Positions 29,705-40,000 of a stretch of 64,000 bases of DNA are shown piece after piece; position 1 is the stretch's first letter, and every line of letters starts with the position of its first letter. Under the pieces are notes generated by a model. The model was not told the DNA's origin. It was given only the letters and a program-made list of their open reading frames with translations, and did no database searches. This stretch comes from an uncultured Gemmatimonadales bacterium. Lineage in GTDB: Bacteria; Gemmatimonadota; Gemmatimonadetes; Gemmatimonadales; GWC2-71-9. A program made the translations under genes and the position numbers. The stretch covers positions 320,001 through 384,000 of the forward strand of contig CAWJIM010000019.1 of the NCBI GenBank assembly GCA_963842945.1. Direction: 5' to 3'.

Positions 29705-31477
29705 ATGCAAGCCGTCCAGCTGTCGACCGACGCCATCGAGCTCGACGCGGCTCTTCTTCAAGCCACGATCACAGCCGCCCTGGCCGCGCTCTGCGCTTTC
29801 CTCTACGGGCGCTATCGAAAGTCGTATTTCGCCTGGTGGTCGGCCGCATGGGGATTGTACTTCCTGCGGATCGGAGCGATCACGAGCTTTCTGCTCACGT
29901 CGCAACGAGTGTGGCTGTACTGGCATCAGGTCGTGACCGGCTGGACGGCGCTGGCGTTGCTCTACGCCGCTCTGGTGTTCTCCCAGCAGGTTCGGTGGCG
30001 GCCCTGGTTTCTCGCGCTGGTGCTCTTCCCTCCGCTCTGGGCCTACATCGCCATCTATCAGCTCCAGCACTTCCTCTGGGCGGCGGGCCCGGCCGTGCTG
30101 TTCCTCAGTTTCGCGACCCTCTGGACCAGCTGGGTTTTTCTCCGCTATCGCCGTCGCGTCAGCTCGAGCGGAGCCACCCTTCTTGCCGTGGCGTTTGGCC
30201 TCTGGGGACTCCACCACCTCGATTATCCCTTCCTTCGCGCCCGAGGCAGCTGGGCTCCGTGGGGCTACTATCTCGATATCCTCTTCGCCCTGGCGGTGGG
30301 AGCTGGAATCCTCCTGCTGGTGCTGGATGATCTTCGCCGCGGCCTCAGTGCGCTGTCCGCCCTTTCCGGAGACCTTCAGCGGGCCGGTAGGGAACAGGAC
30401 GTGCTCGATATCCTGCTGGCTCGCCCTTTGACATTGCCCGCCGTAAGCGGCACAGCGCTGTATACCGCCGATGGAAGTGACCTTCGATTCGTCCAGGGAG
30501 CCGGAGTGTGTGCCTCCTGGTCCAAGGGAAGCCTCCCCGAGGCCGCTGCCGCAGTGCTGAGACGAGCTGTGGAGAGCGGCAGGCCGCAGTTTACTCCCGA
30601 GTGGCCCCATGCCGATGGAAACGCATCAGCCTTTCCCTATGCTGCGGTCCTGCCGATTCTGCGGGGCGAGCGAGTAGTGGCCGCCTTGACTCTGGTGGGC
30701 CAGGCTCGCGACCCGTTTACCGCCCTGGACGAGAAGTTCCTGCTGGCCTTAGGGCATCAGGTCGGCGCCGCCTTGGAGAACGCTGACTTATACACCCGCC
30801 TGGAGGCGCGCAGCCTGGAGCTGGCCCGCTTGTCGGGCCGGATGGTGGAACAGCATGAGGAGGAGCGGCGCCGGCTATCCCGCGAGCTGCACGATGAGAC
30901 AGCCCAGGTTTTTACCGCGGTGAAAATGGAGCTGGGGGTGCTCCGGGAGAGGGTCCAGCCGGAGCAGGCCGAGCGCCTTTCTCAGGTGCTCGCGCTGATC
31001 GATACCGGCATCCGAAGCATTCGTAACGTGACCAACGACCTCCGGCCTTCGCTGCTCGATGATCTCGGGCTTCTGCCGGCCCTGCGCTCGCTGGTTGCAG
31101 ACTTCAGCCAGCGCAGCGGCATTCGGAGCGAACTAAATGCTCCGGCGGTTATGCCTCCGCTCTCCCGAGAGGCCGAGCTTGCCCTGTTCCGCGCTTTGCA
31201 AGAAGGTCTTTCGAATGTGCTGCGGCATGCCGGTGCCCGTGCCGTTGACGTAGCCATCACGGTTGGCCGGGACGAATTACGGCTCAGAGTAGGCGATGAT
31301 GGGCGAGGGCTGCCTGATCTGAGCCCCGAGCGGCTGGAGCTTGCCGGCCACATGGGCCTGGCCGGCATGCGGGAGCGAATCATGGCGCTGGGCGGAACGG
31401 TTCGCTTCCACGGTAGAGCGAACACTGGAGCAGAGCTGGAAATCGTAGTGCCCATTCACCCGTCGAATGGCGCATGA
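29705..31477 (+). CDS. Multi-TM GAF HisKA_3 sensor histidine kinase
   Basis: Several N-terminal TM helices, GAF, ERRRLSRELHDE, QEGLSNVLRHA, DDGRG, GLAGMRER. Confidence 0.92.
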   Translation: MQAVQLSTDAIELDAALLQATITAALAALCAFLYGRYRKSYFAWWSAAWGLYFLRIGAITSFLLTSQRVWLYWHQVVTGWTALALLYAALVFSQQVRWRPWFLALVLFPPLWAYIAIYQLQHFLWAAGPAVLFLSFATLWTSWVFLRYRRRVSSSGATLLAVAFGLWGLHHLDYPFLRARGSWAPWGYYLDILFALAVGAGILLLVLDDLRRGLSALSALSGDLQRAGREQDVLDILLARPLTLPAVSGTALYTADGSDLRFVQGAGVCASWSKGSLPEAAAAVLRRAVESGRPQFTPEWPHADGNASAFPYAAVLPILRGERVVAALTLVGQARDPFTALDEKFLLALGHQVGAALENADLYTRLEARSLELARLSGRMVEQHEEERRRLSRELHDETAQVFTAVKMELGVLRERVQPEQAERLSQVLALIDTGIRSIRNVTNDLRPSLLDDLGLLPALRSLVADFSQRSGIRSELNAPAVMPPLSREAELALFRALQEGLSNVLRHAGARAVDVAITVGRDELRLRVGDDGRGLPDLSPERLELAGHMGLAGMRERIMALGGTVRFHGRANTGAELEIVVPIHPSNGA

Positions 31478-32121
31478 CGGGCAAACCTATCCGGGTGCTG
31501 GTCGCGGACGACCACATGATCGTAAGGACCGGCATCAGGCATGTCGTTGAAAGCGAGCCTGATTTCGAGGTGGTCGGCGAAGCCGCCAGTGGCTCCGAGG
31601 CGCTGTCCCTCGCCTCCCGGCTGCGGCCCGATGTGGTGGTGCTGGATATCTCCATGCCGGATCAGTCGGGTCTCGAGGTGGCAGCCAGTCTCCGCAGCAT
31701 GGCGGGCCCGCCCCGGGTGCTGATACTCAGCATGCACGACAACCCTGAGTACGTGCTCGAGAGTGTGCGCGCGGGAGCCCATGGCTACTTGCTGAAAGAC
31801 ACCGCTGGAACCGAGCTCCGCAACGCCATCCGGGCGGTCTGCCGGGGAGAGTCGTATTTCAGTCCGCCGGTTGCCAGCCGTCTTTCCGCGGCGGTACGGG
31901 GCGAGCAGGACCACCATCCTTTGGATCAGCTCACCTCCCGTGAGCGCGAGGTGCTCCTGGGAATCGTTCGCGGGCGAACGAACAAGCAGGTCGCTGCCGA
32001 TCTGGGTATCAGCCACCGCACCGTCGAAACTCATCGGGAAAGCCTGATGCGAAAGCTGGAGATTCACACCGTCGCCGAGCTGACCCGGTTTGCCATCGAA
32101 GCCGGAATGTTGCCGACCTGA
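31474..32121 (+). CDS. NarL/LuxR-family response regulator
   Basis: REC (DDH, LDISMP) plus LTSREREVL HTH; ATGA coupling. Confidence 0.95.
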   Translation: MTGKPIRVLVADDHMIVRTGIRHVVESEPDFEVVGEAASGSEALSLASRLRPDVVVLDISMPDQSGLEVAASLRSMAGPPRVLILSMHDNPEYVLESVRAGAHGYLLKDTAGTELRNAIRAVCRGESYFSPPVASRLSAAVRGEQDHHPLDQLTSREREVLLGIVRGRTNKQVAADLGISHRTVETHRESLMRKLEIHTVAELTRFAIEAGMLPT

Positions 32122-32146
32122 TCAGAGTAGCCATTATGTTCCGCTC

Positions 32147-33292
32147 ATGACTGACGTTCAGCCCTGGACACCCCAGACCGCCCTACCGGAGGCATCTTCT
32201 CGGCCCAAAACCGGCGTGGTGATGCTCAACCTGGGCGGCCCTGCAACCCTGGACGACGTCCAGCCTTTTCTCCTCGAGCTGTTTGCCGACCGGGAGATCA
32301 TTCAGCTCCCATTCCAGCGCTGGCTCGGTCCTTTTATCGCTCGACGGAGAACGCCGAAGGTTCGCCAGCTCTACGCCAACATCGGCGGCGGCTCACCCAT
32401 TCTGCGCTATACGGAAGCACAGGGTCAGGGAATGGTGGCGCGACTGGACCGGATCTCTCCGGAAACTGCGCCTCACAAGTTCTACGTGGCTTTTCGGTAT
32501 ACCCGGCCCACCAGTGACGACGCGCTTCGCGCCATGCACCAGGATGGCGTTGACCGTGCCATCGCCTTTACTCAGTATCCCCAGTTCTCCTGCAGCACGA
32601 CCGGCTCCAGCTTGAACGAGCTGTGGCGTGCCGCGGATCGGACCGGGCTCCGCGAGGCCTTCCACTGGAGTATTGTGGATCGGTGGCCGGTTCATCCCGG
32701 CTTCATCGAGGCGATGACCGAGACGGTGAGGGAGGGCCTCAGCCGCTTCGCTCCCTCGATTCGCGACCGAGTGATCATCTTGTTCAGCGCCCACAGCTTG
32801 CCCCTGGATGTGATCGACCGGGGTGACTCGTATCCTCAGGAGGTCGGGGCCAGCGTGCAGCGCGTAGTGGAGTCCCTTGCGGCTCCGAATCCCTTCATCC
32901 TGGCCTATCAATCGGACGTGGGCCCGGTTCGCTGGCTGGGGCCGAGCACCGAGCAGGTGATCCGCCGGCTGGGGGAAAGGGGCCAGCGGGAACTGCTCGT
33001 GGTGCCTATCGCATTCACCAGTGACCACATCGAAACGTTGTCGGAGCTGGATCGGGAGTACGGCGAGGTGGCCCACGAAGCGGGGATTACCCAATACGAG
33101 CGGGCACCGGCTCTGAACGCGCGGCCCCGGTTTTTGGATGCGTTAGCCGAAATCGTGAGAGATCATCTTCGGGCGGGCGCGCCCCACAGCACGCAGTACA
33201 CCACCCGCTGTGCCGGCTGCACCAACCCGCAATGCCGGAACATTCTCAATCCGGTGGGAAGCCCCGCCATGCCGCCAGGGAAGCGGGCCTAA
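32147..33292 (+). CDS. hemH: Ferrochelatase, eukaryote-like with [2Fe-2S] motif
   Basis: MLNLGGP, GGGSP, YPQFSCSTTGSS, FSAHSLP, FTSDHIETL, C-terminal CAGCTNPQC. Confidence 0.95.
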   Translation: MTDVQPWTPQTALPEASSRPKTGVVMLNLGGPATLDDVQPFLLELFADREIIQLPFQRWLGPFIARRRTPKVRQLYANIGGGSPILRYTEAQGQGMVARLDRISPETAPHKFYVAFRYTRPTSDDALRAMHQDGVDRAIAFTQYPQFSCSTTGSSLNELWRAADRTGLREAFHWSIVDRWPVHPGFIEAMTETVREGLSRFAPSIRDRVIILFSAHSLPLDVIDRGDSYPQEVGASVQRVVESLAAPNPFILAYQSDVGPVRWLGPSTEQVIRRLGERGQRELLVVPIAFTSDHIETLSELDREYGEVAHEAGITQYERAPALNARPRFLDALAEIVRDHLRAGAPHSTQYTTRCAGCTNPQCRNILNPVGSPAMPPGKRA

Positions 33293-33296
33293 GTGT

Positions 33297-34521
33297 CTAG
33301 CTCTCTACCCTGAGATTCTGACTAAGGGGAAAGAGCACCCGTCTGACCAGCCGGTCGGCCATTTTCCGCACAACCTCGCGCTCGGCCGGAGACAGCGTGT
33401 CCAGCTGAGCCAATGCCCACTCCGATTCCTGCTCTGCCATCTGCCGGCTGATCTGATGTAATTCTGCCAGCCGGGAGGCGGCCGTCCGCCCTCGCAGGCT
33501 GAGGCCCAGGCGAATCAGCTCGTCCTCGATGATGCCTTCGGCATCCGCCAGTGCCGCGGAAGGGCGACCGGCGGCCGGACAACGGAGCCGTTGCAGGTCA
33601 TCGAGGTCGAGCAACTGAAGGTCTGGGATGCCGCGGGACTCGGGTTCAACATTCCGCGGAATGGCGAGATCTACCACTACCAGTTTCGACCGCGAGCGCG
33701 CCGCGATGGCCTTTGAGAGCTCGGCGGCCTTGACCACCGGCCGAGAGGACGCGGTGGCGACCATCAGAATATCTGCCTCAGCTAACCTGCGCTCGAGCTC
33801 CGTCAGCAGGCCAACCTTGGCTCCCCAGGCGGCAGCCAGAACGGCCGCCTTCTCCGGAGCTCGGCTCAAAAGGGTGACTTCGCCTGCTCCGCGCTGATTG
33901 AATGCCCGCAGCACTCCCTCTGCCGCTTCACCGGCGCCGAGGACGATCACCTCCGGATGACGGGATTCCTCCCACTCCTGAAGCACCAGATCTACTGCAG
34001 CCGAGCTCACCGACGACGGATGCCGACCCAGCAGGGTCTCTCGCCGAACCCGGCGACCTGCCGCCAGGGCCGCAGAGAAGATGAGATCCATCTCTCGAGT
34101 GGTTGCTCCGGAGGCACGTGCGGCATCATATGCCCGGCGCACTTGCCCGAGAACCTCGACCTCACCCAGAATCTGAGAATCGAGACCCGAGCAGACCCGA
34201 AACAAATGGCGAACCGCGGCCATGCCCTCGTGCCGGGTGAGCACCAGGCCTGCCGACAGCGGGTCGGCTCCATCCCGGCTCAGGCGATGAAACCAGGCCT
34301 CCCCCTCAGCCCGAGCCCGCCCAATAGAGCTCACATCGGTTGCAGGTAGAAAGCAGAACGGCCGGCATCCCGTTCGCCTTGAGCAACTCCAGGATCGCCG
34401 CAGTCTCCGCCGGGTTGAATGCGAACCGTTCCCGGACCTCGACCGGGGTCGTATGGTGGCTTACACCAATGAGATGGAAGGACAGATTACGGGGCACGCC
34501 CAAGGGTACGGGTCCCATCAA
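33297..34521 (-). CDS. hemA: Glutamyl-tRNA reductase (frameshift near 34312)
   Basis: STCNRCE, SGLDSQILGE, GAGE, DLAIPRNVE distributed over two frames. Confidence 0.9.
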
Positions 34522-34570
34522 GTCCTCACAATCCGCGACTCCCCGGATCGGATCTCCGTAGTACTACGGG

Positions 34571-34603
34571 CAAACAAAACCCCCCGGCATTGGCCGAGGG
34601 GTT
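34571..34603 (-). terminator. Rho-independent terminator
   Basis: Minus strand CCCCTCGGC-CAAT-GCCGGGGGG followed by TTTTGTTT, just after the Hsp20 stop. Confidence 0.65.
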
Positions 34604-34621
34604 GGATCAGGTGACTAGTGA

Positions 34622-34987
34622 CTACCGGCCGCTCTTGGCTGCCGAGCCCTCTTCCTCGGGATCGCGTGCGCTAGCGTTGCCGCTCGATCGCTGACTGTTG
34701 CCGCTGCTTACCCGCTGCGAGGGAGATCGCGTCCGGATCTGAGACGAGCCCGAGCTCGAGGCGTTCACCCGAATCTCGCGAGGCTTGGCGCGCTCGGCCT
34801 TCGGGAGGCTCACATGGAGCACGCCGTTTTCATACTGGGCGTCAATCCGATCGGTATCCACGGTATTGGGAAGTACAAAGGTCCGCTCGAACATTCCGTA
34901 GGTGCGCTCGAACCGATGGACCCGCTCGTTGTTGTCATCGACTTGTTGCTTCTTCTCGCCCCGGATGGTCAGGACGTTGTTCTCCAA
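34622..34987 (-). pseudogene. Hsp20/alpha-crystallin, N-terminally truncated
   Basis: LTIRGEK, ERTYGMFERTF, YENGVL.V.LPK; frame begins mid-domain. Confidence 0.75.
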
Positions 34988-34998
34988 CGGCAGGACAG

Positions 34999-35478
34999 TT
35001 ACCTTCGTTCGGCAGCCCTTCGCATCGTTTGCTGATATTGCCGAATCAGGCGCTGCATTCTATCCACGTGCTGAGGAAGCTCGGATCGATCGAGCTCGGC
35101 CGATGTACCGGCACCCCCACCCAGGTCATCCAGGACCGAGTCGCCGAGGGCCCGGAAATTCCCCGAGTCGGCATATCCTGCCCGGTACAAATCGGCAATC
35201 ATGGAGTTGATCAGATCCCCAGCCATGTTCTTGTACGCCGTCAGATTGTCAGGATCCGGAGGCCGGGTTCCGTTCGCCATCAGGTTCAGCTGATTCTGCG
35301 TGGCTGGAATGAGGCGGGGGGCCTCCAGCTCAGAACCGCTATTGGTTCCCGCCACCCCATCCTCGCGGGCACTGCTATCGGAGTCTGAGGTGTAGGCGGA
35401 GGCCGAGGCGTTCCCGGCCTTTTCCCGGCTGCACGCGACTGAAAGCCCGAGGGCCAGCAAAAGAAGAGCTCGATTCAT
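34999..35478 (-). CDS. Hypothetical lipoprotein
   Basis: AGGAG SD, MNRALLLLALGLSVAC lipobox. Confidence 0.75.
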   Translation of the reverse strand: MNRALLLLALGLSVACSREKAGNASASAYTSDSDSSAREDGVAGTNSGSELEAPRLIPATQNQLNLMANGTRPPDPDNLTAYKNMAGDLINSMIADLYRAGYADSGNFRALGDSVLDDLGGGAGTSAELDRSELPQHVDRMQRLIRQYQQTMRRAAERR

Positions 35479-35536
35479 GTGCGCTCCTGACTGAGTGGCG
35501 GACGTTCCTGCAATCAAGGGTCGAAACCGGCGTGAC

Positions 35537-36464
35537 TCAGTGTCCCGGGTCACCCGGTGTGCGAGGCGACTGGAGCGGTGAGATCAGACTCGTCCGGTTC
35601 AGGATCACCATGGCGTCCACCGCGCTTCGCAACGCGAATCTCGAGGGCCAGAACTCCAGCCGGAAACCTTCCTGCTCGACGTCATAGAGCGGCTCGCGGA
35701 CCTGGTCAGTGGTGGAATCGAGTACCACCCCGAAGTTGCGCCCAGCCTCTTCGGAAGACAATCGATCGAACATGCGGGTGGCAGGGTTGGCGCCCGCCTG
35801 TCGCGCATCGGTCAGGATGGTGTACACCGAAGTCCCGGCCTCGGCCAGGTAGCCGGCAAACCAGTGGTCGAAGCGATCGTGCACCCTCCCCAGCGCAACC
35901 TGTCCTCCCACCTGCTTGAGACCATGATACCCCCCCATGAAGATCAACACCCGCCAGGCAGGATGCTCCTGAAGGGTTTTGCGGAATGCTGCGGCCATCC
36001 AGACGTCACGGTTGGCGAAGCCCCCCGTAGCCATGTGTTGGGTCAGGGGAGCAATGGGCCAGCCGCGCAGGTCGGCCGCGAGAATTCGGATGGGGTGGCC
36101 CGGGTGCTCGCGGTTCCAGCGATACACACGCGCGATAAATCGAGAGGTACTCGGCGCTGACTCCCCAGTGCGCCCGAAGCGTGCGGGGATGGTCCAGAAG
36201 GACGCTGATATCTTCGGGCTGGGAGGCGAGATACTTATCGACCCACTCCTGCTGTTCCGACGCAACTTCGAGCGCCAGCAAGTCTATAGCCTGGTCCTCC
36301 CGCTGCGAGGCGATGAGTTCGGTAACCAGGAGCTTCGGCTCTGCCAGAGGATGAATGTCGCCCAGGAATACGACCTGGTGGTCGCGCACCGCGGACTGCA
36401 GGAGTCGAAGCGGCTCCAGCGGGGTGCCGAGCCACGAGAGTATGGAAACCAGCAGGACGAACAT
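35537..36464 (-). CDS. ChaN/EreA/Tiki-fold-like secreted protein (frameshift near 36130)
   Basis: VFLGDIH, LALE, NRD.WMA, GGYH across two frames. Confidence 0.6.
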
Positions 36465-36467
36465 GCC

Positions 36468-37553
36468 CTACCGCTTGAACAGCCTGCTGAACACACCGGT
36501 GGTAGCGGTGGACTCGAGCGCGTGGGCCATCTCCTCCATCGACCCGTAACGATCCGTGGGATTTACCGAAAGCGCCTTGTTGATCACCGTCTCGAGTTTG
36601 GACGGGAGGTCAGTTTTGACCTCACGCAGCTGGGTGGGAGCGCCTCTGAGCCGGGCAATCATGGTCTCCTGCGCGCTCTTTCCGGTGAAGGGCAACTGAC
36701 CAGTGAACAGCTCAAACGCAAGGACCGCAAGCGCATAGATATCACTGCGCCCGTCGAGTGGCTTTCCCCGAATCTGTTCCGGGCTCATGAACTCAGGAGT
36801 GCCGAGGACAATGCCGGTGGCGGTCAGCTTGACCACATCAGGCCCGGCTCGCCGCTCCTTTGCCAGTCCGAAATCCATGACCACGGCCCTGAATCCGTTG
36901 GCAGCGGTGGAGTCCGGGACCAGCATTACGTTTTCCGGCTTCAGATCTCGATGGATGATCTGAAGATCATGGGCATGTCCCAGCCCGTGACACATCTGGA
37001 CCAGCAGAGGGATTCCATCCGCCAGCGAAAAAGGACCTCGACGGGTTTCATGCTCGCTCAACGGCTCCCCCTCGAGGAATGGCATGACGAGGTAGAGCAG
37101 CCGATCCGCGGTCTCGCCCAACCGGAGAATGGGGCAGACATTGGGATGGTTGAGGCGAGTGGCAATGGTCGCCTCGCGGCGCAGCCGTTCTACCGAGGCC
37201 GGGTCCCGGGACAGGCGGGGAATCAGAATCTTGACCGCGACCGGCCGGCCGGTGTCGATCTCCTGGGCCTGATAGACGTAGGACATCCCGCCTTCGCCCA
37301 GCTTACGGGTAATGTGGTATCTCTGGTCGAGCACCTGACCGGTGAGCGAGGCCAGGCTGGGCGGGATATGATCGGGTGCCGGCCGGGACCCCAAAGGATC
37401 GGCAGAGTCTCTGGCGGAAGCCCGGGCTGCGGCTGAAGGTGCGGGGTCGGCCGGCTTGGTGTCGCTCTCGACCAGGAGCGATCCGTCCTTGACGCAGAAC
37501 CGGGCGGGCGCTGCATAGGTGGTCTGGCAGCGGGGGCAGCGCCTGTTGCTCAA
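36468..37553 (-). CDS. Hanks-type Ser/Thr kinase with N-terminal zinc ribbon
   Basis: GEGGMS, VAVK, HRDLKPEN, DFG, SPEQ; CPRC..FCVKD. Confidence 0.95.
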   Translation of the reverse strand: MSNRRCPRCQTTYAAPARFCVKDGSLLVESDTKPADPAPSAAARASARDSADPLGSRPAPDHIPPSLASLTGQVLDQRYHITRKLGEGGMSYVYQAQEIDTGRPVAVKILIPRLSRDPASVERLRREATIATRLNHPNVCPILRLGETADRLLYLVMPFLEGEPLSEHETRRGPFSLADGIPLLVQMCHGLGHAHDLQIIHRDLKPENVMLVPDSTAANGFRAVVMDFGLAKERRAGPDVVKLTATGIVLGTPEFMSPEQIRGKPLDGRSDIYALAVLAFELFTGQLPFTGKSAQETMIARLRGAPTQLREVKTDLPSKLETVINKALSVNPTDRYGSMEEMAHALESTATTGVFSRLFKR

Positions 37554-38981
37554 TCCCTGAACCGATTCCGGCCGTCGCTTTTGGCCCGATACAGATGCGT
37601 GTCTGCCACCCGCAGCAGCGACTCCCCATCACTCACGCTCTCGTCGGGGTAGGAGGCGATCCCGATGCTGATGGTGACCCGCACCGGACGGCCGGGCTCT
37701 CCAAAGTCGTGGGTGGCAACTCGCCGGAGAATGCGCTCGGCGAAGTTCCGGGATTCGGCGCTGGTCGTCTCGGGCAACAGCACCACGAACTCCTCCCCAC
37801 CATAGCGCGCCACAATATCCACGGAGCGCTGTTCCCGCTTCAACAGGTTGGCCAGCTGCTTCAGCACCCGGTCACCCACCAGGTGGCCATACGTGTCGTT
37901 GATCTGCTTGAAATTGTCGATGTCCACCATCATGCCGGTGAGCATGGTGGCGTAGCGTGCCGCGCGATCCATTTCCTGCTCCAGCTTGTCCATCAGCGCT
38001 CGACGGTTGAAGCAGTTAGTGAGGGGATCGGTTTCGGCCAGGTGCCTCATCTGCTCCTGGCCCAGCACCGCATTCTCCAGGTCGTAGGCTCGTTCCAGCG
38101 CGGCCACGGCGGCGTTGGTGACTTCTTCGGCAAACTGGACGTCGTGCTCGTTCAGCGGCGGGTCTTCGCTCGTGGTTCTGAGAAAGAACACACCGAAGGG
38201 CTGCTGCCGCAGAGAGAACCGCAGTGCCACGGCTGAGCGGGTGTCCACCGGCCGTCCCTGCGACCCCCAGTCGTCCCGAACTCCGCCGTACAAGGGGTCG
38301 GTCTGGACGTCCCGGACCAGCACCACTTCGCCGGTCTTCAAGGCGTGCCTGATCTCGGGATACCGCTTGAGGTCTACCGGCAGATTGTGCAGCATGGGGT
38401 TCTCAAAGGCGGCCACGACAGTCCCAACCTCCTCGTCCGGCCCCGCCATGATGATGGAGCATCGCGCAATGCTGAGCGCCTGGGCCACTCGCCGCACCAG
38501 GATGCCGTAGATCTCGTCCGGCTTCAGTGAAGCAGTAACCTCCTGCATGATGTCCATCATCTCCGAGCGGGACCGGGCCTCCGCCCGCGCCTGGTTCAGC
38601 TCCCGTCCGACCCGCAGATGTGCCTTGACCCGGGCCAGGAGCTCGCGCACCCGAAATGGCTTCGGAATGAAGTCCGCTGCACCGAGTCCCAGTGAACGGA
38701 CCGTGGCTTCCTCCGGCGGCATCGAGGAGATCATCAGCACCGGAAGGTCCTTGAACCTGGGATCGGCCTTAATCCGCTGGAGCAGCTGGAGACCGTCCAC
38801 CTTAGGCATCATGATGTCGAGCAGGAGAAGATCGAATTGCTCGGCGGTGAGATGCTCGAATCAAATGCTCACCACCGGGGGCGGTGAACACATCGTAGCC
38901 GTTCTCTTTCAGGATCCACGACAGGGTACGGGAGAGCGCCTGATCGTCGTCCGCCACCAGGATTTTGGGTGCAACGGTCAT
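37550..38981 (-). CDS. REC-GAF-GGDEF diguanylate cyclase (frameshift at 38861)
   Basis: KILVADDD REC start; removing one base restores HLFEHLTAEQFDLLLLDIMMP; RSVD I-site and GGEEF. Confidence 0.92.
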
Positions 38982-39985
38982 GGTTGCACCAGCCGCTGAA
39001 ACACCGCGGGCTCCACGTTTCCGCCGCTGATCACGGCGACCGTGGGTCCGGACGGCCGGACCCGCCCGGCCAGAAGAGCCGCGGTCGTGACTGCCCCCGA
39101 GGGCTCCACCGACAACCCGCCTTGATGGTAGAGGAATCGCAGCGCCTCGACGATCTCGGACTCGTCCACCAGGACCGATTGGCGGACGATGCCGGACAGA
39201 ATGCCAAAGGGAATCGTGCCGATGGACAACGGGAGCAGCCCGTCGGCAAGGCTCTCGGTGTGATCGAGCTTGACCGGTCGGCCCGCCTCCAGCGCACGGG
39301 CCAGCTTGGGGGCCCCCGCCGGCTCGACCCCGATAACCTGAACCTCGGGCTTCAGTGCTGCCGCTGCGGCCGCGATCCCGGCGATCAGGCCGCCGCCGCC
39401 GACCGGAACCAGGATGGTCTCCACCTCGGGACATCGCTCCATGATCTCCAGGCCGCAGGTGCCCTGCCCGGCAATAACGTCCAGGCTCTCGAACGGCGGC
39501 ACCATGATAAAGCCCTGCTCCTCGACCATCTGCTGTGCTTTGGTATAGCGCTCCGTGGAGCTGTTCCCGGCGATGATGACCTCCCCGCCCAGCCGGCGGA
39601 CGCCCTCTACCTTGACGGCGGGGGCCCGCTCCGGCATCACCACCACTGCCCGAGTGTCGAGGCGGCGGGCCACAAAGGCCACCGCTTGCCCATGGTTGCC
39701 ACTGGAGTAGGTGATCAGGCCGCGGGCGCGCAACTCGGCTGGAATCCGGGAGGCAGCGGTGTAGGCTCCGCGGACCTTGAACGCGCCCATGGGCTGGAGA
39801 TGCTCGCCCTTGAGGAAAATGGGAACGCCGCACTGCGCATCGAGACTGGGAATGCGCAAGAGCGGCGTTTCCACGGCCACGCCTTGCAGGCCTTCCGCGG
39901 CGGCCCGGAGCGCTGCAAGGGACACCACGGAGCGCGGCGGAGAGTCAGCTCGGGGGTCGGTCCACCTATCGGCGGCTGGGGTCAT
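38978..39985 (-). CDS. PLP threonine/serine dehydratase (serine racemase-like, catalytic domain only)
   Basis: GAFKVRG, SSGNHGQ, VGGGGL, EPSG, SGGN. Confidence 0.9.
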   Translation of the reverse strand: MTPAADRWTDPRADSPPRSVVSLAALRAAAEGLQGVAVETPLLRIPSLDAQCGVPIFLKGEHLQPMGAFKVRGAYTAASRIPAELRARGLITYSSGNHGQAVAFVARRLDTRAVVVMPERAPAVKVEGVRRLGGEVIIAGNSSTERYTKAQQMVEEQGFIMVPPFESLDVIAGQGTCGLEIMERCPEVETILVPVGGGGLIAGIAAAAAALKPEVQVIGVEPAGAPKLARALEAGRPVKLDHTESLADGLLPLSIGTIPFGILSGIVRQSVLVDESEIVEALRFLYHQGGLSVEPSGAVTTAALLAGRVRPSGPTVAVISGGNVEPAVFQRLVQP

Positions 39986-40000
39986 TGATAATCATAGCGA

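Noticed and set aside
32147..32164. hemH and GH15 both begin MTDVQP
   Set aside because: Similarity ends after six codons; likely coincidence and starts are uncertain
34306..34308. TGA in hemA as another Sec codon
   Set aside because: Homology continues in a different frame, so this is an indel rather than readthrough
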